This document shows, piece after piece, positions 39,040-47,145 of a stretch of DNA of 64,000 nucleotides. This DNA is from an uncultured bacterium. GTDB lineage: Bacteria > Patescibacteriota > Minisyncoccia > UBA6257 > 2-01-FULL-56-20. Position numbers and translations under genes: made by a program. The notes below the pieces were generated by a model. It made no database searches and was not told where the DNA came from. It worked only from the letters and a program-made list of their open reading frames with translations. The DNA is taken from positions 813,833-877,832 of the forward strand of contig OY970382.1 of the NCBI GenBank assembly GCA_963719425.1. The letters run 5' to 3'. Within the stretch, counting starts at the first letter, position 1, and each line of letters starts with the position of its first letter.

Positions 39040-39885
39040 ATGAAAACAATGGGATATATTTTGAAACGGGCTGGATACGCGATGCTCTTGCCACTCGCCG
39101 TGGTTGTTGTGATGATTGCTTTGCCAAACCACCTCTTTGCCAGTGGAGGATTCCAGTGCGTGCAGGCTGGCACAGTAAACTACAATGTAAGCCCGACCTC
39201 GGTGAGCGACACGGGAACCAGCATGACAGCAACCTTCAACTTCGCCTCTACTCAAGTTGGTCAGGATCCAACTTGCGACGGTGCTCAGAGCGTGAGCATA
39301 ACTTTTTTCTTCAAGGGCAGTAGCGGCAACTTATTGGGACAGCAGGTTTGGTCCGGTCCTACCATACCGTCCGACCCGGTAACCGGCATGAATCAGAATG
39401 TAAGTTATGGCAATACGTATACCTTCACACTGGGGACGTTTAACCAAACGCAGGCTTCGTTGGGCAGCGGCGCGACCTTTAGCAGTTATGTCCAAGTCAC
39501 CGATGCCAATTCTGGCAGCCAAATCACACAGAGCTCGCCAGTCGCAATAACGTACGGCAGCGGCGGCACCCCTCCCATTTCGCCTTCCAGTCCCGTTACC
39601 AGCTCCAGCTCCATCGCGCTCACGAATCCCTTGGGAAGCAGCTGCAATGACCTGACCTGCCCCTTGGCCGCCGTCATGAACTTTATCTTCACTATCTCCA
39701 TTCCCATCTGTGGTATTATTATCCTAATCGGAGGTTTTCAGATGATGACGGCTGGGGGAAATCCGGAAAAATTCAGCACCGGAAAGAAAACCATCCTCTA
39801 CGCGGTCATCGGGTTTGTGGTGGTTCTTCTTGCGGGTGGTGTTGCCAAACTCATCCAGAGCATATTAGGCGGCGGGTCAAGTTAA
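39040..39885 (+). CDS. Beta-rich Ser/Thr-rich ectodomain fused to a C-terminal VirB2/TrbC-like module (paralog 3)
   Basis: The C-terminal 90 aa (LTCPLAAVMNFIFTISIPICGIIILIGGFQMMTAGGNPEKFSTGKKTILYAVIGFVVVLLAGG) align with the other paralogs. Confidence 0.5.
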   Translation: MKTMGYILKRAGYAMLLPLAVVVVMIALPNHLFASGGFQCVQAGTVNYNVSPTSVSDTGTSMTATFNFASTQVGQDPTCDGAQSVSITFFFKGSSGNLLGQQVWSGPTIPSDPVTGMNQNVSYGNTYTFTLGTFNQTQASLGSGATFSSYVQVTDANSGSQITQSSPVAITYGSGGTPPISPSSPVTSSSSIALTNPLGSSCNDLTCPLAAVMNFIFTISIPICGIIILIGGFQMMTAGGNPEKFSTGKKTILYAVIGFVVVLLAGGVAKLIQSILGGGSS

Positions 39886-39901
39886 AATTTATTTATTAGG
39901 C

Positions 39902-40270
39902 ATGGAAAAGATAAAAAAAATGGCGGTTTGCAGCGCGGTCGGTTCATTTACGATGTCGCTTATCACGGCCGCAAGCGCGGCGACGGCCCCTACGAGCACC
40001 ATCACGAGCGTGTCGGATATTACCACCCTCCTCTGCGGGATATTAAACTGGGTCTTTTGGGGACTCATCGTGGTGGGAATAATAATGTTCCTCATGGGCG
40101 GGTACCGCTATGCGACGTCGTCGGGAGATCCCGAAGGTGTCAGCAAGGCGAATAAGACGCTCCTTTATGCCGCGATTGCGATCGTAGTCGCGCTAGTAGC
40201 AAGAGGAGTCCCGGTTTTCATAGGAAGCATCTTCGGCGTGCAGCCCTCAAGTTTGAGTGTGTGTCCGTAA
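39902..40270 (+). CDS. VirB2/TrbC-like small secreted two-helix protein (paralog 4)
   Basis: Core DITTLLCGILNWVFWGLIVVGIIMFLMGGYRYATSSGDPEGVSKANKTLLYAAIAIVVALVARGVP. Confidence 0.6.
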   Translation: MEKIKKMAVCSAVGSFTMSLITAASAATAPTSTITSVSDITTLLCGILNWVFWGLIVVGIIMFLMGGYRYATSSGDPEGVSKANKTLLYAAIAIVVALVARGVPVFIGSIFGVQPSSLSVCP

Positions 40271-40283
40271 TGTTATAATAAAA

Positions 40284-40712
40284 ATGATGGTGAGGAACAT
40301 GCTTTGCAAAATTAATTCGCGGACGGGTCGGATATTACTTTCCGCATCACTCACCGTTTTTGCATTCTTTGTGGCACGGGTCGCCGGGGCGACGACAACG
40401 ATCATCAATCTGCCACCACCAAATGGCATAACCGCTCCTTCAACAACGCTCTCGACGACCGACATCACCACCCTTTTCTGCGGCATCATTAACTGGATTT
40501 TCTGGGGGCTCATTGTGCTCGCCGTTGTTATGACTCTCGTTGGGGGTTATGGGTATGCGGTATCGTCGGGAGATCCAGAGAAGGTTGGCAAAGCGAACAA
40601 AACTCTTCTCTATGCCGCGATCGCAGCTGCGGTTGCAATATGCGCGTGGGGAGTTCCCTCGCTCATTGGCAGTGTCTTGGGCGCCGGCACCCTTAGCCAG
40701 TTTTGTAAGTAA
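40284..40712 (+). CDS. VirB2/TrbC-like small secreted two-helix protein (paralog 5)
   Basis: Core about 80% identical to paralog 4 (DITTLFCGIINWIFWGLIVLAVVMTLVGGYGYAVSSGDPEKVGKANKTLLYAAIA). Start chosen at MMVRNM. Confidence 0.6.
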   Translation: MMVRNMLCKINSRTGRILLSASLTVFAFFVARVAGATTTIINLPPPNGITAPSTTLSTTDITTLFCGIINWIFWGLIVLAVVMTLVGGYGYAVSSGDPEKVGKANKTLLYAAIAAAVAICAWGVPSLIGSVLGAGTLSQFCK

Positions 40713-40717
40713 GAACA

Positions 40718-41131
40718 ATGAGGAAAATCAAGACAGTACCTCTCTTTGCGGCAGTCGGCGCGACAATTTTGGTGGCGATGGTTTTTGCGCAAACCGCCGC
40801 TGGTCTCGCTGGTCCCACGCCGCCTCCCGGCGTGACAACGCTGCCCACGAGTCCGGTTCAGAATGTTACGAACATTTCCGATATTGTGTGCGGCATCCTT
40901 TTGTGGGTATTTTGGCTTCTCATCATGTTTGCCATTATCATGTTCCTCATGGGCGGCTATCGTTATGCAACCTCTGCGGGCGAGCCGGAAAAAGTGCAAG
41001 GTGCGAACAGGACGCTTCTTTATGCCGCAATCGCGGTCGTCGTAGCCCTCTGTGCGTGGGGAGTTCCCACCCTTATAGACAGCTTCCTGGGAGGATTTAA
41101 CGTGGGGATGCTCACGAGCATCTGTGGATAA
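40718..41131 (+). CDS. VirB2/TrbC-like small secreted two-helix protein (paralog 6)
   Basis: Core DIVCGILLWVFWLLIMFAIIMFLMGGYRYATSAGEPEKVQGANRTLLYAAIAVVVAL. Confidence 0.6.
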   Translation: MRKIKTVPLFAAVGATILVAMVFAQTAAGLAGPTPPPGVTTLPTSPVQNVTNISDIVCGILLWVFWLLIMFAIIMFLMGGYRYATSAGEPEKVQGANRTLLYAAIAVVVALCAWGVPTLIDSFLGGFNVGMLTSICG

Positions 41132-41207
41132 GAGAGCCAGTTTGTTTTTCCAAAAGAAAGGGGTATACTAAGACGGTAACTGGAAAGGTCGAAAATCCCA
41201 ATTATCC

Positions 41208-41594
41208 ATGAAAACAGTAAAAGAATTTGCGAAGGGATTGGCGGCACCGGTCCTCGCGCTCGGACTTCCGCTTGTGGCATTGGCGCAGTTTACGGGGCCG
41301 GGTGTGACGGCACCTGCGGCGCCGATATCAAGTGTGGGACAAATTGCGGGCGCGAACGGCCTTCTCTGCACGATCATCAACTGGTTGTTTTACTTGATGA
41401 TCATCTTGGCCATCATCTTCGTTTTCGTCGCAGCGTTCAAGTACTTAACTGCCGGAGGTGATCCCGAAAAGGTGAGTAAGGCGGGAAGCACGCTGCTCTA
41501 CGCGGTAATTGCCGTCGTGATCGCGCTCGTCGCGAAAGGAATACCACTGATCATCTCAAGCTTCCTTGGCTCGAGCACCTTCACCGCGTGCTAG
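41208..41594 (+). CDS. VirB2/TrbC-like small secreted two-helix protein (paralog 7, most divergent)
   Basis: Core LLCTIINWLFYLMIILAIIFVFVAAFKYLTAGGDPEKVSKAGSTLLYAVIAVVIALVAKG. Confidence 0.55.
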   Translation: MKTVKEFAKGLAAPVLALGLPLVALAQFTGPGVTAPAAPISSVGQIAGANGLLCTIINWLFYLMIILAIIFVFVAAFKYLTAGGDPEKVSKAGSTLLYAVIAVVIALVAKGIPLIISSFLGSSTFTAC

Positions 41595-41631
41595 CTGGTT
41601 GCCGTCCTGACTTATTGCGGCCGCGTTTTTC

Positions 41632-41656
41632 AAAAGGCCCCTTGTGGGGCCTTTTG
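41632..41656 (+). terminator. Intrinsic terminator closing the paralog array (ggcccc-ttgt-ggggcc + TTTTGG)
   Basis: Read directly. A second hairpin (agccgttgg-cggtg-ccaacggct) at 41701-41723 with a minus-strand T-tract terminates the convergent gene. Confidence 0.55.
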
Positions 41657-41757
41657 GATTCCATAATTTGTTTTCATAAGAGATTTATTAAAAAGCGAAG
41701 CCGTTGGCGGTGCCAACGGCTTGTTGTGGGAAAGGATTCCTCCCACATTAACCCTTA

Positions 41758-41813
41758 CTAGGGAAGCGGAATTCGGCACATCCGCCTAGGGAAGCGGAAT
41801 TCGGCAAATCCGC
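41758..41813. repeat. 28-bp tandem direct duplication (ctagggaagcggaattcggcaCatccgc / ...cggcaAatccgc) that includes the stop codon of the upstream gene
   Basis: Read directly; the two copies differ by one mismatch. Confidence 0.55.
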
Positions 41814-42738
41814 GCCCTTTCAGGTAGAAAGAGCTGCAGTCCGTAAAGTCATTTCCAAAAGGCTCGTATCCGACACGAACTGGTTGTGGCGCAGAACGGC
41901 CACTGCACCACACCGAAGCCCCGTCGCCGGGATTTGCACTGTGAACCACCTCAACGTTTCCCGACGTGTCCACGGTGAAGGGGCCGTGATAGCAGTCATC
42001 CCATAGATTGATTCTCGAAAAACCATACGTATTGGGAATCAGGTTTTGGGGTTCTGCCTGCGAACAAATCCGTGCAGGTTCTTTCGAATCCACAGCCGCC
42101 CTTTCGGCTCTACTGGGTGGGGCAGCAAAGAATGACATCGTTACCAAAACAATCAGGGCCACAATCCACCAGGTCCTGTGCATCCTTCCCGTAAGGATGC
42201 CGTGAACCTTGAATGCCCACCAGGTCATGATCAACATGATGAGCATCAGAACCTGGGAAGGTCTATTTGAGACAGGAACGAAGGTGCAGTAGATGCTAAT
42301 ACAAAGGCCAACAATAAAACTGGCCACCACTGCTCCGAAACATTCCTTCAGCCAGCGTCCCACCTTGGGGAGTGCAAAAGCCGCTAGCATAAACCAAAAG
42401 ACCCTCACGCTTCGGTGTTGAGAGACCTGGATGCTTCCTAGGGCGAGCGCCAGGATTCCGGTAATCATGAATACGATAGCAACGAGCGGCACCATTGCCT
42501 CTTGTACGCTTGGAGCAAACGCTGCAATCGTGATTACGGCCAGAATCCACACGAGGATTCCGGCGAGCCAAAAGAGAACCCACTGTCGGAGGGAAGCGAT
42601 TATGATTTGGGCGCGCTGCCTCAAATCATTGACGATTGGCTGGGCTCGTTGAACAACATTCCTGCCGGCTTCATAGGCCTCTTCTCCGAGGAGTTCCAAT
42701 GTTTCCCCGAATTCCCGCAAAAACCGTCCAATGTTCAT
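41758..42738 (-). CDS. Hypothetical polytopic membrane protein with a Cys-containing C-terminal ectodomain
   Basis: ORF with 6+ TM helices. Its 3' end carries a 28-bp tandem duplication. Confidence 0.45.
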   Translation of the reverse strand: MNIGRFLREFGETLELLGEEAYEAGRNVVQRAQPIVNDLRQRAQIIIASLRQWVLFWLAGILVWILAVITIAAFAPSVQEAMVPLVAIVFMITGILALALGSIQVSQHRSVRVFWFMLAAFALPKVGRWLKECFGAVVASFIVGLCISIYCTFVPVSNRPSQVLMLIMLIMTWWAFKVHGILTGRMHRTWWIVALIVLVTMSFFAAPPSRAERAAVDSKEPARICSQAEPQNLIPNTYGFSRINLWDDCYHGPFTVDTSGNVEVVHSANPGDGASVWCSGRSAPQPVRVGYEPFGNDFTDCSSFYLKGRGFAEFRFPRRMCRIPLP

Positions 42739-43403
42739 TGCGACACTCCTTCCTGCCGAGCAGCTCGGCGATTTCTCAGAAAAGTGTTGAGGGTATGGAG
42801 TCCGTCGGCGGCTTTCCCTGCGGCTCCGTCCACGGCGCTGCCCGTTTCGGCAAGCAGACCGCTGATTACGCCGAAGATCTTGTGAAGTTCTTCTCTGCTT
42901 GTGAGATGCTTAGTAAGAGAAGAAGGTTCTTTGTAGAGCGCGCGTAAAGTTGCAAGCTCAAGCGTCAAACGAGCCTGCACCCTGGGAATATCCGCATCCG
43001 TCGCGCCATGAATCTTTTGCCATGCTTCCTTGGCGAAGGAGTTGAGGATTGTTGGCGGAATTCCAGGAATCACAGCTTTGACATCTCGTTGTACTTTTTG
43101 GACCGCTTGGTCGCCCAGTTCTTCCGAAAGTGACTCCAGGACGTCTGTGCTTTTTTCCCCGAGGGCTCCCAAGAATCCGGTGCCCCCAAACTCACCCTCC
43201 AAGAAGCCAGAAAGCCCATTCAAGATGGTCCTAAACCCGGCTGAGCGGAAAAAGCTTTCGTCCGGAATCCTCGATGCAACGTCCCGTGCGAACGCTTGAA
43301 TTGCGGGATTCCCAAGCATGCTCAGAATTCCGTTCCAAATCCCACTCCTCATCTTCTCTTTCCTTTCCTGTTTGTTTCCCCTGTCATTCCCTTTCTCTGC
43401 CAT
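42735..43403 (-). CDS. Hypothetical protein (Gly/Phe-rich, soluble)
   Basis: ORF overlapping the downstream gene start by 4 nt; no motifs recognised. Confidence 0.4.
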   Translation of the reverse strand: MAEKGNDRGNKQERKEKMRSGIWNGILSMLGNPAIQAFARDVASRIPDESFFRSAGFRTILNGLSGFLEGEFGGTGFLGALGEKSTDVLESLSEELGDQAVQKVQRDVKAVIPGIPPTILNSFAKEAWQKIHGATDADIPRVQARLTLELATLRALYKEPSSLTKHLTSREELHKIFGVISGLLAETGSAVDGAAGKAADGLHTLNTFLRNRRAARQEGVSQ

Positions 43404-43538
43404 AATTAGCTCCTTTCGTTTCGTTAGAATCTATCGATACTAGGCCGAATGAATTTTAATCTGCCGTGTAGATGTTATCATTAAATCAATAGTTTGTCAA
43501 GTATTGTAGATGTTGCACAAGATATTAAAATTGTAGGG

Positions 43539-43621
43539 CGTCGAGGTGGCGGAACTGGCATACGCGCAGCGCTTAGGACGCTGTCCCGCAAGGGTTGTGG
43601 GTTCAAATCCCACCCTCGACA
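43539..43621 (+). tRNA. tRNA-Leu (anticodon UAG), type II with a long variable arm
   Basis: GTCGAGG/CCTCGAC acceptor, TGGCGGAA D-region, anticodon stem CAGCG/CGCTG with loop CTTAGGA, variable arm TCCCGCAAGGGTTG, T-arm GTGGG-TTCAAAT-CCCAC. Confidence 0.85.
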
Positions 43622-43692
43622 CTCACAGCATAAAGGAGAGCTTCTTCCCGCTACTGCGAAGACGAAGTCGCTGGAAGAAATCTCCTGCGGGC

Positions 43693-44658
43693 TTATCCGC
43701 GCCTTCTCCCGTGGAACGCCTGGTGCACTTCGCGGAGTGCTTTATTCGTGAGATGGGTATAAACCTGCGTGGTAGAAATATTTGCGTGGCCGAGAAGTTC
43801 CTGGACGGAGCGGAGGTCGGCGCCGTTCATGAGGAGGTCGGTCGCGAAACTGTGGCGGAGCTGGTGCGCGTGGACGTGCTTCGCAATGCCGGCTTCGCGC
43901 GCCCGCGTGGCGACCAGTCGCTGCACGGCGCGCGGCGTCACGCGCCCAATCACTTTTCCGGATTTGTTCAGGCTTACAAAAAGTGCCTCCTCCGCGTCGC
44001 TGCGCTTCGCAAGATATCTTTGGATGGCCTCGCGTGCCGAGTTAGAAATAAAAACAACGCGCAGTTTGTCACCTTTCCCGCGCACGGTGACCTCACCGCG
44101 TTTCAAATCCAAGTAGCGGCTTAGGGAGCACAACTCGGCCAGCCGAAGGCCCGTAGAGAAGAATGTTTCCAGGACCGCTTTGTCGCGGAGCGCGCGTAGG
44201 TCGTTGCTCTTGGGCGCCGCGAGCAAACGTTCCAGGTCTCCGTACTCAAGCACCTCAATCTGCCGCGAAGGCGTTTTGGGAAGCTCTATTTTTTCCGCCG
44301 CGAGCGTTTTCACATCGCGCCTCGCCAAATATTTCAAAAAGTTCCGGAGGGCGATCACGTAATAGCTTTGCGTGACCTTTTTGATCGCCGCGCCGTCATT
44401 CCCGCGCTCGCGGCGGGCGAGCGCAAGGCGGAACTCGCGTACCGCGTCGTCCGTGATGTCCGCCGGCCTCCGCACTTTGGAAAATTTCAAAAACTCATTC
44501 AGATAGTGCTCGTAATTCTCGCGCGTCTTCGGCGAGCGGTTCTTTTCTATTTCCAGATAGTTCAGATAATCCTTGAGTAGTTTTTCAATGTCGGTCACAG
44601 GATTATTATATTCCTCTCGTGTCGCAAAATAAAAGAGAAGGGTTTGCACCGGCGCCAC
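43693..44658 (-). CDS. XerC/XerD-type tyrosine site-specific recombinase (integrase)
   Basis: N-terminal SAM-like core-binding domain. C-terminal catalytic motifs R...HQLRHSFAT...LGHANISTTQVYTH with the nucleophilic Tyr. Track ORFs 43546..44124 and 43769..44116 are antisense to it and rejected. Confidence 0.8.
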   Translation of the reverse strand: MAPVQTLLFYFATREEYNNPVTDIEKLLKDYLNYLEIEKNRSPKTRENYEHYLNEFLKFSKVRRPADITDDAVREFRLALARRERGNDGAAIKKVTQSYYVIALRNFLKYLARRDVKTLAAEKIELPKTPSRQIEVLEYGDLERLLAAPKSNDLRALRDKAVLETFFSTGLRLAELCSLSRYLDLKRGEVTVRGKGDKLRVVFISNSAREAIQRYLAKRSDAEEALFVSLNKSGKVIGRVTPRAVQRLVATRAREAGIAKHVHAHQLRHSFATDLLMNGADLRSVQELLGHANISTTQVYTHLTNKALREVHQAFHGRRRG

Positions 44659-44735
44659 GATCTGTTATAATCGTAAAAATGGCGTGGATGGGCTCTTGCG
44701 CAAAAATTGAGCCTGTGCTATAATCCTGGAAACAA

Positions 44736-46499
44736 ATGGCTACACCAGAGAATATGCCGCAAAACAAGGAGTATAAGATGGAAGAAGGCGGATACCTAAT
44801 AGGGGGTCCGGAGAGCATACCCGAGGGCCGGCTGGAGGCTGCCGCAGAGGCAGGAGAAGCGGGTCGGAAAGCAAGCGGCCTCATCGTTTTAACCGATGTT
44901 CTGGAGGGTGTGAATCCTAAGGCGGCAGAGAAGGTGGAGAAGGTGACGGAACCGGCAAAAGACCAGGCGGAAAAGGCCTTTGAAAAAGAACGGGCCACAT
45001 GGGCCACGATGAGCCCGGAGGAAAGGCAGGCAGAAAAGGAACGTCGCAGGAGTATGATTGAAGATCTCAATAAGACGGTGCAACAGCACAAAGGCGTTGA
45101 AAAGTTCGGTGCCGAGGAAGGAGTTGGATACAACAAGGGAAGAGCCTACGGGCGCGTTGAAGAGAAAGTTGTGGAAAACGAAGCCGCCATTCGCGGGTTG
45201 GAAAAGGCGGACACGCAAGCGGAGATCGATCGGCTCAAAAATGAAGTTGCCGATCTGAATAAAACAGTGCAAGAGCACGGAGGGGTGGAGCGCTTTGGCG
45301 CCGAAGTCGGATACAGCAGCGCAAAGGCATACGGGCGTCTTGAAGAAGAAGTTGCAAAAAAGGAAGCCAGAATTAAGGAACTAGAAGGGAAAATGCGCGG
45401 ACCGACGAAGCAAGCGAAACCGCAGGAAGGCGGAAAACCGACAGAGCCAGAAAAATCAGAAGATCTTCTTCCGAAAGGAGGCCTCACCCTCTTCCGGGAG
45501 GCCCACGAGAAGGCGAAAGAGAAACCGTCCGCGTGGGGATGGATCAAGGAACGCGCGAAGGGACTCGCAACGTTTGGTTATTGGGAATTCCATCGCGGGG
45601 AACAGTTCCGCGGCGCCACAAAAGAACAGGGCAAGGAAGTCGCCGCCATGGCTGCAAATATAGAGAAAGTGCCGCGCCTTTCTTTGGAAGATGCTCTTGA
45701 AGATGCGGAAAAAATAAAAAAGATGATGCAGGCGGAAGGGAAGGAAAAAGCCGCAGGAAAGGATTATGAGAGGTATTCGGAGGCCGTTACTGACCCAGCT
45801 ACCAAAGAAAAGTGCGCAAAGAATTCCAAGGTAATGGATGCCATTATGGCGGGCACTATGGCCAAGCTTGAGGAGAAGCTCAAAACTTACAAGAGCGCTT
45901 CTGGCTTGAAGGTCATGGAGATCGAGAAGAATAGGAAGGCGTTCCGGGAGAATATGCGGGAAGAGCTTCTCGCGTTGCAGGCTGGCCAGGTAGGCGCCGA
46001 CAATAAGAAATTCGCGAAACTTTTAAGGGACAGTTTTGACCCAAATTATTGGTCGCGGTATGTCTACGGTGGTCTTGAGTTGGCTCTTGAGGCGGCGGGC
46101 ATCAAGCTTTTCTTTACGCATTACATAGCAGCGGAGGCTTTGAAAGCGAAGGCTGCGGCGGCGGCGAGTGAGGCTGCTGTAAAAGGGAAGGCAGTCGCGG
46201 GCGCTGCAAAGATGGAGGCGGTTGGCGATAAGTTAGGAATGAAAGATACTATTTGGAACACCTGCAAAATATGGCTAAAGCAGCAGGGAGTCGCGCATCC
46301 GACGAACAGCGAGATTATGCAGCTTTCAAAGCAGGTTGCCGTTGATAATCATATCGGCGTGGCGCCCTGGAATATTCCGGGGAATCCCATGGATGTCGCT
46401 ATGCACCAAGGATATCTTCTCAAGTGGACGAAAGCGGTGGTTGGGGTTGGGAAGACCATTTTAACAAAACACGCCGCCGCTGCCGCAACACTACACTAA
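44736..46499 (+). CDS. Hypothetical Lys/Glu/Ala-rich protein with an internal ~65-aa duplicated module
   Basis: Two copies of LNKTVQ.H.GVE.FGAE.G..Y...(R/K)AYGR.EE.V...EA.I..LE at about aa 111-175 and 175-240. Confidence 0.45.
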   Translation: MATPENMPQNKEYKMEEGGYLIGGPESIPEGRLEAAAEAGEAGRKASGLIVLTDVLEGVNPKAAEKVEKVTEPAKDQAEKAFEKERATWATMSPEERQAEKERRRSMIEDLNKTVQQHKGVEKFGAEEGVGYNKGRAYGRVEEKVVENEAAIRGLEKADTQAEIDRLKNEVADLNKTVQEHGGVERFGAEVGYSSAKAYGRLEEEVAKKEARIKELEGKMRGPTKQAKPQEGGKPTEPEKSEDLLPKGGLTLFREAHEKAKEKPSAWGWIKERAKGLATFGYWEFHRGEQFRGATKEQGKEVAAMAANIEKVPRLSLEDALEDAEKIKKMMQAEGKEKAAGKDYERYSEAVTDPATKEKCAKNSKVMDAIMAGTMAKLEEKLKTYKSASGLKVMEIEKNRKAFRENMREELLALQAGQVGADNKKFAKLLRDSFDPNYWSRYVYGGLELALEAAGIKLFFTHYIAAEALKAKAAAAASEAAVKGKAVAGAAKMEAVGDKLGMKDTIWNTCKIWLKQQGVAHPTNSEIMQLSKQVAVDNHIGVAPWNIPGNPMDVAMHQGYLLKWTKAVVGVGKTILTKHAAAAATLH

Positions 46500-46510
46500 C
46501 AAAAACAAAC

Positions 46511-46810
46511 ATGGCAGAGTTATCACCGGCACTCAAATATAAGATAACAAAAGCGGCCACGCTTCTCGCGCAGTCGCCGATTGATGACAATATCAAGAAT
46601 ATTCTGAACGAAAAAATAGGGCAGCTTTCAGAAACAGATTTGGACAATCTGATCTATTCCCTTGAACGCGAAGCGAGCGAGCTTGCCGTCATCGGGCAGA
46701 AGATTAAGAAATTCGACGAGGAGCAGGACAAAGATTGGAAATCACTCGAGAAAAAACAGCAAGAGAAGGCGGACCAGATGGCGGAGGATTTCCTGAAGAA
46801 GCTCGCATAG
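46511..46810 (+). CDS. Hypothetical small helical protein
   Basis: ORF only; start chosen at MAELSPALKYK. Confidence 0.35.
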   Translation: MAELSPALKYKITKAATLLAQSPIDDNIKNILNEKIGQLSETDLDNLIYSLEREASELAVIGQKIKKFDEEQDKDWKSLEKKQQEKADQMAEDFLKKLA

Positions 46811-46878
46811 GCGCAGTAGGAACGTGCGGTGCGTGAGAAACTTTGCGTTTTTTCGTCGCAGGCGGTAACATATATTTA

Positions 46879-47145
46879 ATGCTTACGAAACGAGTAAAAT
46901 CCCGCATCATCGGGGAGCACGGCGAACACAGCAAGGACACGGGTTCGGCGCAGGTACAGGTTGCGATGCTTTCGCGCCAAATTGACGAACTTGCGACGCA
47001 CCTGAAGAAGAATCCGAAGGACAACCACTCGCGCAGAGGGCTTTTGAAAATGGTTTCCAAACGCAGGAAGCTTTTGTCATACCTCCAAAAGCACGAACCA
47101 TCCGAATACGGGAAGTTGATAAAGAAACTTGAACTTAAACGCTGA
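46879..47145 (+). CDS. rpsO: 30S ribosomal protein S15
   Basis: 88 aa; ...DTGS.EVQ.A.L...I..L..H...NPKD..SRRGL..MV..RR.LL.YL... Confidence 0.85.
   Translation: MLTKRVKSRIIGEHGEHSKDTGSAQVQVAMLSRQIDELATHLKKNPKDNHSRRGLLKMVSKRRKLLSYLQKHEPSEYGKLIKKLELKR

Noticed and set aside
43546-44124. + strand ORFs (192 aa and 115 aa) overlapping the tRNA-Leu and integrase region
   Set aside because: They are antisense to the well-supported XerC/D recombinase and overlap a tRNA gene, and they are Arg/Ala-rich as expected of antisense frames in GC-rich DNA.
35839-46810. Prophage or integrated phage
   Set aside because: No capsid, terminase, portal or tail genes, and no CRISPR array or cas genes anywhere in the window. 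Only an integrase-like Xer recombinase plus hypotheticals is present.
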